The position numbers and the translations under genes were made by a program. Positions 47,731 to 59,087 of a stretch of DNA of 64,000 bases are shown piece by piece. This DNA comes from an uncultured bacterium (GTDB taxonomy: Bacteria > Patescibacteriota > JABMPQ01 > CAVVCK01): NCBI GenBank assembly GCA_963746775.1, contig CAVVCK010000002.1, positions 11,571 to 75,570 of the forward strand, written 5' to 3'. Below the pieces are notes generated by a model. It saw only the letters and a list, made by a program, of their open reading frames with translations. It ran no database searches and was not told the DNA's origin. The first letter of the stretch is position 1. Each line of letters opens with the position of its first letter.

Positions 47731-49150
47731 TAATACAAAAAGCATTGCTAGAAATAGCTTATGGTTAGTTATAAGTGAAATTATAAATGGCATATTGATG
47801 TTTATAATAACTATATTTTTGGCCAGGTTTTTAGGTGTTGAGGGCTATGGAAAATTAACATTTGTACTAAGTTTTGTTACTTTATTTATTATTCCTATAG
47901 ATTTAGGCTTAAGTCCTTTAATTACTAAGGAATTAGCTGGAGAAAAAGAAAAAATTAAAAAATATTTAGATAACCTAATTTTATTCAGAATAATATTGGG
48001 TATTATAGCGTTTTTACTTATAATTTTGATAATACGATTATTGAATCAAGATAACGATGTTATATTTTTGGCATATCTCTTGGGACTTTGGACTATTTTC
48101 CAAACCAGTACTCAATTTTTTCAGGCAATTTTCCGATCACAAGAGAAAATGTTTTATGAGGCTATAACAAGAGTATCTCATGCTTTTATTTTAGCTATTT
48201 TATCAATTTATTTTATTATGTCCGGATATAGTCTTATTTATTTTGGCTGGGCTTATTGTGCAGCTGCTTTTTTTACTCTATTTATAACTATAATTTTTAC
48301 TTGGACAAAGTTTTCACATTTTAGTTTGAAATTTGATATTAAATTTATCAAAAATATATTTAGAAAATCTTGGCCATTTGCTCTGAGTCTATTGTTTATA
48401 TCTATTTATTATTACATAGATTCTGTAATGCTTGGTATTCTGAAAGGTAATAAAGAGGTTGGATTATATAATGCTGCTTATAAATTAATTGTCTTTATCC
48501 TGATCATTGGTTCTGTAATAGCTAGAAGTACTTATCCTATAATCTCTAAACTTTTTAAAACTTCTTTTATAAAACTAAAAGTATTTTTAGAAAATTATAA
48601 TAAATTTATCTTTATTATCGCTATACCTATTGCTTTTGGCGGCGTTATTTTATCGCGCCAAATAATACTATTTATTTATGGAGAAAATTTTAATGAATCA
48701 ATTTTTGCTTTTCAAATATTAGTTATATCAGCTGCAATTGTTTATATAAGTACAATTTATGCTCATTCTTTACAAATATGTAATAAACAAAAAATCCATT
48801 TACTAGGAATGGGGTTGGGTGCACTTATTAATATTACTTTGAATTTCATTTTAATACCCTACTTTGGATTAATAGCTGCTGCTGCTGCTACTCTTCTTAC
48901 GGAAATATTTATTTTGATTTTTATGTTTGTTAATTTTTCTAAAATTATAAAATTAGGTGTTTTAAAATATTTTTACAAGCCATTCATTGCCTCATTGGGC
49001 ATGTTTTTATTAATATATTTTGTAAATCAATTAAATTTATTTTTATTATTAATTACAGGAGTATTATTTTATTTTATAATCATTATTTTAATAAAAGGTA
49101 TCTCCAAAAATGATTTAGCAGTAATTAATAATTTAATAAGAAGAAAGTAA
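47720..49150 (+). CDS. Wzx-like polysaccharide flippase, paralog 2
   Basis: The N-terminal region SIARNSLWLVISEIINGILMFIITIFLARFLGVEGYGKLTFVLSF aligns with the paralog at 53021 (TRNAFFLSIADILSKIINFFYVVLVARYLDIDNYGVLMFALAF). Confidence 0.75.
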   Translation: MVNNNTKSIARNSLWLVISEIINGILMFIITIFLARFLGVEGYGKLTFVLSFVTLFIIPIDLGLSPLITKELAGEKEKIKKYLDNLILFRIILGIIAFLLIILIIRLLNQDNDVIFLAYLLGLWTIFQTSTQFFQAIFRSQEKMFYEAITRVSHAFILAILSIYFIMSGYSLIYFGWAYCAAAFFTLFITIIFTWTKFSHFSLKFDIKFIKNIFRKSWPFALSLLFISIYYYIDSVMLGILKGNKEVGLYNAAYKLIVFILIIGSVIARSTYPIISKLFKTSFIKLKVFLENYNKFIFIIAIPIAFGGVILSRQIILFIYGENFNESIFAFQILVISAAIVYISTIYAHSLQICNKQKIHLLGMGLGALINITLNFILIPYFGLIAAAAATLLTEIFILIFMFVNFSKIIKLGVLKYFYKPFIASLGMFLLIYFVNQLNLFLLLITGVLFYFIIIILIKGISKNDLAVINNLIRRK

Positions 49151-50851
49151 ATCATTTAATTTTTGATTATTCACTTTGAATATTATAACAGAGCCTAATT
49201 CTTTATTTTCTTTAAATTCAACAATTTTTTCAAGAAAGCTAGCTTTTGATAATTTATTTTGATAATTCCAATCAATAGAATTTTTCCAAACAAATTCACC
49301 CATTATTTTTTTACCAGCATAAACATAATTAATATTATTATTTTGGTAATAATTTAAGGAAATTTGTGAATTAGGATTATAGATAGGATCGCAAAGTTTA
49401 TCATCGCCTTTGGAACAAGTGCTTCCGTCCAATACTTTTCTGTCTGTCAAAAGATTGAGATAGCTTCCCCATCCTGGATTTACAATAGTTCTTGGTATGG
49501 CCAAAATAATATCATCTTTCTTTGTATTATTATTTATCCATTCTATAGCTTGTTCATCAGAGTTTTGAATTCTTACTTGTTTTTCATATTCTGTAGCCTG
49601 GCTTATTTTATTTAGAGCAAAAAATGAAATGAAAATAACCAGAAGTGATATTATGATTACCTTTTTGTAATATTTATTTTGTATAATAACTATAAAATAA
49701 ATAAAGATAGCTGCCAAAATGCAAACAGGGATAGTAGCATCCCCCACTAATCTGGAGGGATAAATAAAAAAAGAAAATCTTGAACCAATCAAAAGAATTC
49801 CTCCCCAAATGATTAAGATTATTTTCGACCAAAAATATTTTTTATTAGTTAAAATATTATTATCAAAATTTATGAGTTGGTTGTATGGTGAAAATAAATT
49901 AATAATTCTTTTATAAAATTTATGCTTAAAAATAAAGGAAAAAATAAATAGAATAAACCCGCCGGTAGCTAATAATATAATGATTAGCGAGTAGGCTTTA
50001 ATATAATTGTTAAAGGCTGGCGGTATAGAAAAGAATATATCATTGCCAATGGTGATATTAGCTTGTTGAGTATTCCCTAGTAAATTTAAAAAACCAAGCA
50101 GTCTGCTAAAAGCGCTTTTAAAATAATAGTTCCACGTAAATAATAAAAATATTAAAATTGAAGGATATAGTAATAGAATAGACTTAGAAACTGTTTTTCT
50201 TTGTTTTGTATTTTTATAATAATAAGCTAATAGTATTATTAGAAAAATGCTCATAATCATTATCAAATATACTGTAGAAAGGGAGTGAGAAAGAATTGTT
50301 GAGCCAGCAAAAATTATTATTAGTAATAGATTTTTGTAAATAACGCTAGGTTTAATTTTTTTATTAAATAATAAGGGTATAAAAGAAAGCATAAAAACTA
50401 AAAAAAACTCAGCGGAAATTAAGTCTAGATATGTTCCGTCCTGATAGATACCAAAGAGGTTAGGAGAAATAAAAACAAACATTAAAAAGGCAATAAAAGC
50501 TATTTTATAGTTAAAATACCTTTTAGAAATAAAATAGATGCTGGAAATTGATAAAATAGTTAATAAGGGAGCAAAAAAAATGGTAGTAGCTGCTAAATTA
50601 CTTCCAGTAAGATATGTTAAAACTGCTAATAGAATATGGAAAAGAGGCGGATCAGCACTTCCCGGATGCACATCATAATAACCATTCTGTATAATGTATT
50701 TAGTTTCGGTCATATGGCGGGTTCCATCATCACCTGGTGGTACTAGATATCCAAATTTAAATATGCCATAATAATAGTTAAAAAATAAGAATACGAAAAT
50801 TAGAATTATTAACGAATAAAGTATTATTTTTTTAAAATAAATATTTGACAT
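49133..50851 (-). CDS. Polytopic membrane protein with a C-terminal extracytoplasmic domain (GT-C-like / polymerase-like); paralog of 60798-62339
   Basis: DGTYLDLISAEFFLVFM aligns with DGTFADIISAEFLMFVF, and GDDGTRHMTETKYIIQNGYY with GGDAAYHITLVDFILNNGYL. Confidence 0.45.
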   Translation of the reverse strand: MSNIYFKKIILYSLIILIFVFLFFNYYYGIFKFGYLVPPGDDGTRHMTETKYIIQNGYYDVHPGSADPPLFHILLAVLTYLTGSNLAATTIFFAPLLTILSISSIYFISKRYFNYKIAFIAFLMFVFISPNLFGIYQDGTYLDLISAEFFLVFMLSFIPLLFNKKIKPSVIYKNLLLIIIFAGSTILSHSLSTVYLIMIMSIFLIILLAYYYKNTKQRKTVSKSILLLYPSILIFLLFTWNYYFKSAFSRLLGFLNLLGNTQQANITIGNDIFFSIPPAFNNYIKAYSLIIILLATGGFILFIFSFIFKHKFYKRIINLFSPYNQLINFDNNILTNKKYFWSKIILIIWGGILLIGSRFSFFIYPSRLVGDATIPVCILAAIFIYFIVIIQNKYYKKVIIISLLVIFISFFALNKISQATEYEKQVRIQNSDEQAIEWINNNTKKDDIILAIPRTIVNPGWGSYLNLLTDRKVLDGSTCSKGDDKLCDPIYNPNSQISLNYYQNNNINYVYAGKKIMGEFVWKNSIDWNYQNKLSKASFLEKIVEFKENKELGSVIIFKVNNQKLNDLLSSY

Positions 50852-50916
50852 TAAAATTTGTTATATTGACTGATTTACATAATAAACTAAAATAACTATA
50901 TAATATTAATAAACAG

Positions 50917-52602
50917 ATGACAATATTGGCTAATAAAGAAAAATTATATAGCTATTTAAAATTTTTAAAAATAGCTTTATTTATATTAATATTTTCTATT
51001 TTAAGCTGGCTTGCTTATAATAATTTTGCGCCTTTAGGAAAATTAGTATTAGAATATAATTTTAATAAGCAAGTAGCGCCCTTCCTCTCTCTTGAGAAAG
51101 GGCTGGATAATCCAGAAAAAAACATTGGCAGCAATGTTGGCTATAGCCGTGTTACCTCTAGCCCAGCCGAATTTTCATTGCAAATGCCCAGGAAATTTAA
51201 AAGTGTCGAAGTAGAAATTAAATATCTCAGTAGTTATCCCGTTCTAACTATTTCTTCTAAAAAAAATAAATCCCAAAATTATATCACAAAAATTTTAGAA
51301 TTAGGATTATCAGGTGAAACTTGGAAAAGAATTACTGATCAGGAAAAAGGATTAGTACTATTTCAACAGTATAAGTCGCTTACTCAAAAATCCAATACTA
51401 ACGCTGAAACAGAAAATACAGAAATTGCTTCTAATGAAGTTTCATCAAAACCATTTTTTGATTACAATAGAGTCAAATATTTTTTAAATGATTTAGATAA
51501 TATTGTAGAAAGAAAAGAAAAGAAAATAGCTTATTTTAATTATGATCTATCCGATAAAGCTAAAATACCAGCTTATAGTCCTTCCGAAGAAAAAACAGTT
51601 TTTGAAAAAACAATTAGAGGCAAACATAAAATTATAACTTATTTAGGAGAAAATGAAATTCTAGACTATGATTTTTACTATCAAGACATGAATAAAAAAG
51701 ATGGCCCCGATAGATTTAATGTATTCATAGATAAGGGCAATGAAACTATAGCTAGATACACAGAAAATGATGATGGTGATGAAACATCATCGGAAAAACC
51801 ATCTTCAATTAAAAATATCCATGTCTTGAGGGATGATTTAGAGCCAGGAAAATACGTTATAACTTTAGATATTAGCGATGACTTATATGTTAACAAAATA
51901 GAAACAGGACAAAAATATCTTGCTTTCCAAGATCATTTATTTTTAGAAAATTCAAAACAAAATTTAGATTTTTATACAGATGCAGAAAATCTAAGCCTGA
52001 GTACGTTGTATAATGATGGATTAGATCAAGATATTTTATCTGAAAGGCAAATATCCTACGACCAATTAGAACTTGAAAACTCAAAAAGTGCTAAAAAGGA
52101 AAACAGCCAGTCTTTATTAGATTTAAACGGAAATAATTTAGATAATAAAGTCAGTATAAATAAAATTAATTCTATCTATACTCTTTTAACTCCTGGTATT
52201 GCAAATAAAGTTAGTATTCCCAAAGATGATCTAGTTATAAATTACAAGGGTTTAATTGGCACTGATCCAGAAATTGTTTATAACTTAAGTAAGTTAGAAG
52301 AATTTGTTTATCCTCTGCAAAATGGTTTTGATTATAATGACGCTGATTATGTAATTACTGATTATTTTACAGAACCGAAAACTGAGGGACCATATAAAAT
52401 TTCTAAGCAAAAATTTAATTTGGATGAATTAGAAGTTGATGAAAATAATAAGGTCAATTTTTCTATCAATATCCTCGGTTATAATAGAAATAATAGTGAT
52501 TTAAAAATTGCTGGTGTAAAATTCACTTTGGAAAAAGAACCTTGGAATTTATCTTTCTTGATAAATAAAATTAAAAGCCATTTAAAAAATGAAAGATTCT
52601 AA
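50917..52602 (+). CDS. Hypothetical membrane-anchored protein with a large hydrophilic domain
   Basis: N-terminal TM helix; no recognisable motifs. Confidence 0.4.
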   Translation: MTILANKEKLYSYLKFLKIALFILIFSILSWLAYNNFAPLGKLVLEYNFNKQVAPFLSLEKGLDNPEKNIGSNVGYSRVTSSPAEFSLQMPRKFKSVEVEIKYLSSYPVLTISSKKNKSQNYITKILELGLSGETWKRITDQEKGLVLFQQYKSLTQKSNTNAETENTEIASNEVSSKPFFDYNRVKYFLNDLDNIVERKEKKIAYFNYDLSDKAKIPAYSPSEEKTVFEKTIRGKHKIITYLGENEILDYDFYYQDMNKKDGPDRFNVFIDKGNETIARYTENDDGDETSSEKPSSIKNIHVLRDDLEPGKYVITLDISDDLYVNKIETGQKYLAFQDHLFLENSKQNLDFYTDAENLSLSTLYNDGLDQDILSERQISYDQLELENSKSAKKENSQSLLDLNGNNLDNKVSINKINSIYTLLTPGIANKVSIPKDDLVINYKGLIGTDPEIVYNLSKLEEFVYPLQNGFDYNDADYVITDYFTEPKTEGPYKISKQKFNLDELEVDENNKVNFSINILGYNRNNSDLKIAGVKFTLEKEPWNLSFLINKIKSHLKNERF

Positions 52603-53011
52603 TTTAGCAGAAAAAGAAGATTTAATTATCTTTATAAAAAAAATTATTAATGAGATATTTTCTTTAAGTTTAGTTTTTTATTTAATTTTATTTCTTTTAG
52701 AAGAAATAAAGTCTAATTTTGTTTCAAATTATCTTAATATAAATATTTTTTTAATTTTAACTATAATTAGCGGCATTTTGGCTGTATTAACTAAAAGCGA
52801 TGAAGTTTATAAAATTAATGAGAAAAATAAAAAAAGAGAAGTGTTTGATTATATCATAGCTTCTGTTTTGGGGTTAATTGGTGGAATAGTTACCTATTAT
52901 AAAATCACTGATATAGAACACTGGCTTTCTTTATTGATTTCTTTAATGATTTTTATATTAATATTTTTGATAGCTTTATTGTTTTTAGATAAAGATGAAG
53001 ATTATGAATAA
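52589..53011 (+). CDS. Small 4-TM membrane protein
   Basis: Hydrophobicity profile only. Confidence 0.35.
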   Translation: MKDSNLAEKEDLIIFIKKIINEIFSLSLVFYLILFLLEEIKSNFVSNYLNINIFLILTIISGILAVLTKSDEVYKINEKNKKREVFDYIIASVLGLIGGIVTYYKITDIEHWLSLLISLMIFILIFLIALLFLDKDEDYE

Positions 53012-53020
53012 TTGTAATTT

Positions 53021-54457
53021 ATGGAAATAGCCAAAACAGCGACGAGAAATGCATTTTTTTTGTCTATAGCTGATATTCTTTCTAAGATTATCAATTTTTT
53101 TTACGTGGTTTTGGTAGCAAGATATCTAGATATTGATAATTATGGTGTATTAATGTTTGCTTTAGCTTTTGTGGAACTCTGTAGTATAGGATTAGATCTT
53201 GGCCTATCTACTATATTAACAAGAGAAATTGCTAAAGATAAAATAAAAATGAATGCTTATTTTAATAATATAATTTTTATAAAAATTATATTATCATTTA
53301 TTACTTTATTTATTGTAAGTTTAATATTAATTTTTGCTGGATATGGTGAAATTATAAATTTTATAATTATTATTTTGTTTATAGCTGCAATTATTAATTC
53401 ATTTGCTTCATTACCATCCTCTATCTTCCAGGCATTTAATAAGATGTATTATTTATCAATATGCAGAATTTTAGCAAGTATAATAATTTTTTTAGGAGCA
53501 CTAGTATTAATAAAATTTAATGCCTCTGTTTTTCAATTTTCTTTTTTATATTTAATTTCTAGTATTATTCTTTTAATATTTTCATTTATTATTTACTTAT
53601 TAAAATTTAAAGGTAAATTATTTTTTGTATACAATAAAATACTATGGCTTAAATTAATTAAGTTTGCTTTACCATTTGGTATTTCTGTTATTTTTGTAAC
53701 TATATATTACAGAATCGATAGTGTAATGCTAAAATATTTTAGAACTGATGCCGAGGTAGGTTTTTATAATGCAGCCTATGGTTTTATCCTTGCTTTGAGC
53801 TTTATACAGGGCATAATAATTACTGCAATATTTCCAATAATGTCTAGACTTTATGTAGATTCTAAAATATTATTAAAAAATCTATACGAAAATTCTTTTA
53901 AAATACTTGCTATCCTAGCCTTTCCAATCGGAATTAGCATTACTCTTTTGGCAGATAAAATTATATTATTAATATATGGAGATAAATTTGAAAATTCGGT
54001 GTTACCTTTGCAAATATTGGTTTGGGCTTTAGTATTTATGTTTTTAAATGTAGCAACAGCAAATTTACTAAATGTTGTTAATAAACAAAAAATTGTAGCA
54101 TTTCAAATAATTTTAGCTGCAATTTTTAATGTTTTAGCTAATATATATGCTATTCCAAAATTTGGTTCAGTTGGTGCAAGCATCACTACAGTACTTTCAG
54201 AAATTTTAGCTTTTACCTTACTTTTATCGGTTAGCTACAAATTAAATTATGGCCTTAATGGTAAAATATTATTAAATCTTTTAAAAATTATTTTTTGTTC
54301 AACATTAATGGGAATACTACTTATATATGTGAAAAATTTAAATTTGTTTTTTGTTGTATTGATAGGCAGTTTTTCATATTTCCTACTAATTTATATTTTA
54401 AAAGTAGTAGATAAAAATAACATTAATTTAATTAAAAATTTGATAATAAAAAAATGA
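53021..54457 (+). CDS. Wzx-like polysaccharide flippase, paralog 3
   Basis: See paralog 2. Confidence 0.75.
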   Translation: MEIAKTATRNAFFLSIADILSKIINFFYVVLVARYLDIDNYGVLMFALAFVELCSIGLDLGLSTILTREIAKDKIKMNAYFNNIIFIKIILSFITLFIVSLILIFAGYGEIINFIIIILFIAAIINSFASLPSSIFQAFNKMYYLSICRILASIIIFLGALVLIKFNASVFQFSFLYLISSIILLIFSFIIYLLKFKGKLFFVYNKILWLKLIKFALPFGISVIFVTIYYRIDSVMLKYFRTDAEVGFYNAAYGFILALSFIQGIIITAIFPIMSRLYVDSKILLKNLYENSFKILAILAFPIGISITLLADKIILLIYGDKFENSVLPLQILVWALVFMFLNVATANLLNVVNKQKIVAFQIILAAIFNVLANIYAIPKFGSVGASITTVLSEILAFTLLLSVSYKLNYGLNGKILLNLLKIIFCSTLMGILLIYVKNLNLFFVVLIGSFSYFLLIYILKVVDKNNINLIKNLIIKK

Positions 54458-55617
54458 AAATAGCTATAGATGTGAGAATTGCCCAATATAGCGATAACCA
54501 GTCTAGAGGATTTGGATATCTAACAAGAAATTTAGTGAATAATCTAATTCATTACGACAAAAATAATGAATATTTTATTATTGGCTACAGAGGAATAAAT
54601 AAATTTTTAACTTTAAATAAAAATGTTAAAACCTATGAAATGTTTAGTATGGTAGAAGCAGATTTCTATCAACATTTTTATCGACATACAAAATTACTTG
54701 AAGCAATATATTTTAACCATATCATTCAAAGTAATAATATAGATACTTTATTAACCTTTTCTTCTGGTAATCGAGATTATATTATAAATACGCTTTCTAT
54801 TTGCAAAACAATAAAAGTATTTTGGGATTTAATTCCCCTAGTTTTTGAAGATGTTTACCTGAAGAAAAAAAATGAAAAAAGAATATTTCTAAAATCTCTA
54901 AAAGCTTTTGAAAAATCAACAGCAATTATTTCAATTTCTAATAGCTCTAAAAATGATTTATTAAAACATATTAATTTTCCTCAAAACAATATATTTACAA
55001 TTTATCCTGGTGTTGCTTCTGAATTTTCACCAAAAAATAAAGACCAAATCTTAAAAATAAAGACCAAATATAAAATTAAAAATAAATATTTATTTTATGT
55101 TGGTGGTTATGATTTTAGAAAAAACATTGGAGCAGTAATTGAGTCATTATTAAAAATACCCAAGGAGATATTAAAAAATTATCAATTAGTTTTAGCCGGT
55201 AATATGTATGATAAGGAAAAGAAATTATTTACTAGAATGGCTCAAAAGCTTAATGTTTCAAACAACTTATTATTTACAGGTTTTGTTTCTAATAATGATT
55301 TGCCTATATTGTATTCTGGAGCTGATATTTTTCTTTTTCCATCGTTATATGAAGGTTTTGGACTACCCCTGATAGAAGCTATGGCTTGCGGTTGTCCTGT
55401 AATTGCTTCCAATAATTCTTCGATACCAGAAGTTGTTGGCGATGCAGCGCTGATGGTTAATCCTAAAAATAACGTTGAAATAGCAAATGCTATTTCAAAA
55501 ATATTGAGAAATGATCAGTTAAAAAATAATTTAATTAATAAGGGATATGAAAGAGTAAAAAGATTTACTTGGAAAAACGCTGCGCAAGAAACTATTAAAA
55601 TATTTAATAAACTTTAA
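54454..55617 (+). CDS. GT4-family glycosyltransferase
   Basis: [30 protein letters not shown]. Confidence 0.85.
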   Translation: MKIAIDVRIAQYSDNQSRGFGYLTRNLVNNLIHYDKNNEYFIIGYRGINKFLTLNKNVKTYEMFSMVEADFYQHFYRHTKLLEAIYFNHIIQSNNIDTLLTFSSGNRDYIINTLSICKTIKVFWDLIPLVFEDVYLKKKNEKRIFLKSLKAFEKSTAIISISNSSKNDLLKHINFPQNNIFTIYPGVASEFSPKNKDQILKIKTKYKIKNKYLFYVGGYDFRKNIGAVIESLLKIPKEILKNYQLVLAGNMYDKEKKLFTRMAQKLNVSNNLLFTGFVSNNDLPILYSGADIFLFPSLYEGFGLPLIEAMACGCPVIASNNSSIPEVVGDAALMVNPKNNVEIANAISKILRNDQLKNNLINKGYERVKRFTWKNAAQETIKIFNKL

Positions 55618-56765
55618 TCCTGATTAGATACTTTTAAAAATATTTCTTTTATTTTTTCACTGACTTTATTGGCATCAAAAAGTTCTAGTGCTCTTTTCCT
55701 AGATTCATTACCTAAATTTTTTCTAAGTGCCTTATCTTTATAAAGTTTTTTTAAGTGTTTAGATAATTCATAGCTATCAGCAGGTGGTACAAGTATGCCA
55801 CAATTACCAATTACTTCTGGAATTGAACCTGATAACGTTGAGATTACTGGTTTACCACAGGCCATACTCTCAATTAGAACCATACCAAATTGTTCTTGCC
55901 AACCTGGTACTGGAATACTGGCCAATACAAACAAATCTGCTAAATTATGAATTTTAGGAATAAATGAATATTCTATTTTTTTAATAATTTTAACATTATT
56001 AGATATATTTAAACGTTTTGAAATTTTTATTAATTTATTATACATAGGACCATCACCAATTATTAACAATTTAATATTTTTGTCTCTGTCTATTAATTTT
56101 TTTACTGATTTAATAACATCATGTATCCCCTTTTCCCAAACTAATCGTCCAATAGTTAATATAATAAAATCATCATTTTTTAGATTATATTTTTTTAATA
56201 ATTGCTTATCTTTATTTTGAGGTAAAAATTTTTCCGTATCTATTCCCATAAAAATTACAGAAATTTTGTTTGGATCAACTCCTTCTAAAATTAAAGTGTT
56301 TTTTGCTCTTTCGGTAGTGGCTATAAAATGATCTACTTCTTTTATAGCTCTTGCCTTATTTTTTCTTTGTTTACTAAATATTTCGTTTGAAAAAGGAATA
56401 TTTTCCCATATAGTTACAATAACCTTTTGTTTTGGATTGCGTTTTTTTGAATTTAATGCTTGAATAGTGGCAGGATTAAAAGTTTCAATAGTATTAATAA
56501 TATCAAATTTTTTTAAATACTTCGTTAAAAAAGGTAGGTAGTCACTATTTCCAAATAAATATGTTCCAAGATAGTGGGTTATTAGTGATTTTTGAAATAA
56601 TTTAGCGAGAGAATAAAAACATTTCAAAGGAAAATTAATTTCCTTTGTGTCAAAAATAGCAGGTTTAGCATAGATTCCTTCTATTTGAAAATTATCAACT
56701 AAGGGTTCATAGTTTTGTATTTCCCATTTATTAATTGTAGCTCCACGAACAATAGCTATTCTCAT
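55614..56765 (-). CDS. GT4-family glycosyltransferase
   Basis: GWQEQFGMVLIESMACGKPVISTLSGSIPEV. Confidence 0.8.
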   Translation of the reverse strand: MRIAIVRGATINKWEIQNYEPLVDNFQIEGIYAKPAIFDTKEINFPLKCFYSLAKLFQKSLITHYLGTYLFGNSDYLPFLTKYLKKFDIINTIETFNPATIQALNSKKRNPKQKVIVTIWENIPFSNEIFSKQRKNKARAIKEVDHFIATTERAKNTLILEGVDPNKISVIFMGIDTEKFLPQNKDKQLLKKYNLKNDDFIILTIGRLVWEKGIHDVIKSVKKLIDRDKNIKLLIIGDGPMYNKLIKISKRLNISNNVKIIKKIEYSFIPKIHNLADLFVLASIPVPGWQEQFGMVLIESMACGKPVISTLSGSIPEVIGNCGILVPPADSYELSKHLKKLYKDKALRKNLGNESRKRALELFDANKVSEKIKEIFLKVSNQD

Positions 56766-56815
56766 AATAATTTATATTAAAATTTTCTCATAAAAATAAC
56801 CAAAAAGCAAATAAA

Positions 56816-57961
56816 ATGCGTACAAAATCAACAAAAATAAGAATTGGTATAGATATTTCTGAAATTGCCTCAAAAGAAAAAACAGGCAGTGAATATTTTG
56901 AATTAAATTTAATTCAAAATATTTTAAAAATAGATAAAAATAATTATTTTATTTTATATACTTATCAAGATTTTGATACTAGCATTTTACCAAATACTAA
57001 AAATTATAAAATTCGTAAAATAATTACTAAACATCAAACTTTATGGGAAAATTTATATTTACCCTATTTATTAATAAAAGATAAACCCGATATCTTTGTT
57101 TCTCTCAACCATTTAGGACCAATTTATTGCCCAACAAAATATATCTCCGTAATATTAGATCTAGCCTTTATCGTTAATAAGGAAACATTTAAAAAAGTAG
57201 ATCAAATAATTTTTAAATTATATGCAAAGCATGCCATAAAAATTTCAGACCACATTATAACAATTTCTGATACCACAAAAAATGATGTTTTGAAATATTA
57301 TAAACTCTCCTCTAATAAAATATCTTCTGTACTTTTGGGATTTGATAAAGATATTTTTTACAGACGCGGTAATGATGAAGTTAATTTAGTAAAAAATAAA
57401 TATAGCATTAGAGGAAATTACATTCTTTTTGTAGGTACCCTACAAAAAAGAAAAAATATATCTCGTTTAATTTCTGCTTTTGCTAAATTAAAAAATGAGT
57501 ATAAAATTAAGGAAAAACTAGTTATTGTAGGTAAGAAAGGTTGGTTATATAATGATATTTTTGTAAAAATAAAAAAGCTAGAATTATCTAATAGTGTAAT
57601 TTTTACTAGCTATGTTCCAGGTTCTGATTTGCCGGCGCTATTTTCTGGAGCAACTGTTTTTATACTCCCCTCTTTATATGAAGGATTTGGCTTACCTCTA
57701 CTAGAAGCAATGGCTTGTGGTACTCCTGTTATTACCTCAAAGATTTCATCTTTACCAGAAGTAGTGGAAGAAGCTGGAATTTACATTAATGATCCCTATT
57801 CGGAAAATGAAATTGCAGAAAAAATTAATTTAGTTGTAAATAATAAGCCATTACAAAAAGAATTAAGTCAAAAAGGATTTTTACAAGCACAAAAATTTTC
57901 TTGGAAAAATTGTGCTGGTAAATTTTTATCAATAATAGAAAAAACTGTTGAAAAAAAATAG
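56816..57961 (+). CDS. GT4-family glycosyltransferase, tandem paralog a
   Basis: [31 protein letters not shown] is identical to the next gene; both share the ...[10 protein letters not shown]...AFAK... block. Confidence 0.85.
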   Translation: MRTKSTKIRIGIDISEIASKEKTGSEYFELNLIQNILKIDKNNYFILYTYQDFDTSILPNTKNYKIRKIITKHQTLWENLYLPYLLIKDKPDIFVSLNHLGPIYCPTKYISVILDLAFIVNKETFKKVDQIIFKLYAKHAIKISDHIITISDTTKNDVLKYYKLSSNKISSVLLGFDKDIFYRRGNDEVNLVKNKYSIRGNYILFVGTLQKRKNISRLISAFAKLKNEYKIKEKLVIVGKKGWLYNDIFVKIKKLELSNSVIFTSYVPGSDLPALFSGATVFILPSLYEGFGLPLLEAMACGTPVITSKISSLPEVVEEAGIYINDPYSENEIAEKINLVVNNKPLQKELSQKGFLQAQKFSWKNCAGKFLSIIEKTVEKK

Positions 57962-59087
57962 ACGAATAAAAATAGGTATTGATGCCAGACCTATGGTCGA
58001 AGAAAATAAAGATGGCATATCTTTATACACACAAAATCTTATACACGAGATGATAAAAGATAATTCTATTGATTTTGTTTTATATTTCAATAAAAAACAA
58101 GCTAATATAAATCAAAGTAATGTATCTAATAGAATTTTAAACGGAATTAATATAGCCTGGCCGCAAATAAGACTGTCCTTGGACTTTATGATCAATAGAC
58201 CTAAGCTCGACTTGTTTTTATCCCCTGCCCATTCTGTACCTCTTTATTGCCCATTTAAATCAATTGCGGTAATTCATGATTTAGCCTATTTCAAGTTCAA
58301 AGAATATTTTACAAAATTTGATTATTTTATGTTGTCTAAATTAACAACCAATATAGCTATTAGAAAAGCCAGTCATTTAATTGCTGTATCAAAATCAACA
58401 AAAAATGATATTATAAAATACTTTAATATTTCCCCTGAAAAAATTACAGTTATTTATGAAGGTTTTAATAACAGAGTTTATTACCCACGAAGTTTACAAG
58501 AAGTAAATAATATAAAAAATAAATACAGTATAAAAAATAAATACATTCTATGCGTTGGAACACTACAAAAAAGAAAAAATATTGTTAGATTAATAAAAGC
58601 TTTTGCTAAAATAAAAAGACATGATAAAATTAGTGATAATTTAGTTATTGTTGGTAAGCGTGGTTGGCTTTATAAAGAAATATTTGAGATTGTTAAGAAA
58701 TTAAAATTAGATAAAGAAATTATTTTTACAGATTACGTTCCTTTAGATGACTTGCCTGTATTAATTAGCGGAGCAAAATTTTATATCCTTCCTTCTTTAT
58801 ATGAAGGATTTGGGCTTCCCTTGCTAGAAGCAATGGCTTGTGGAACACCAGTTATTACTTCCAAAATTTCATCTCTACCAGAAGTTTGTGATAGGGCGGG
58901 GTTATTAATTAATAACCCTTATTCAGTTGAAGAAATATATCAAAAAATAAAAAAATTATACTTTAATGAAGATTTACAAAATCATTTGTCGAAAAAGGGA
59001 CTTATAAGATCTCAAGAGTTTTCCTGGAAAAAGTGTGCTCAAGAAACAATTAAAGTAATTAAAAATACTATCAATGATAATGCCTAG
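57948..59087 (+). CDS. GT4-family glycosyltransferase, tandem paralog b
   Basis: See paralog a. Confidence 0.85.
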   Translation: MKKNRRIKIGIDARPMVEENKDGISLYTQNLIHEMIKDNSIDFVLYFNKKQANINQSNVSNRILNGINIAWPQIRLSLDFMINRPKLDLFLSPAHSVPLYCPFKSIAVIHDLAYFKFKEYFTKFDYFMLSKLTTNIAIRKASHLIAVSKSTKNDIIKYFNISPEKITVIYEGFNNRVYYPRSLQEVNNIKNKYSIKNKYILCVGTLQKRKNIVRLIKAFAKIKRHDKISDNLVIVGKRGWLYKEIFEIVKKLKLDKEIIFTDYVPLDDLPVLISGAKFYILPSLYEGFGLPLLEAMACGTPVITSKISSLPEVCDRAGLLINNPYSVEEIYQKIKKLYFNEDLQNHLSKKGLIRSQEFSWKKCAQETIKVIKNTINDNA

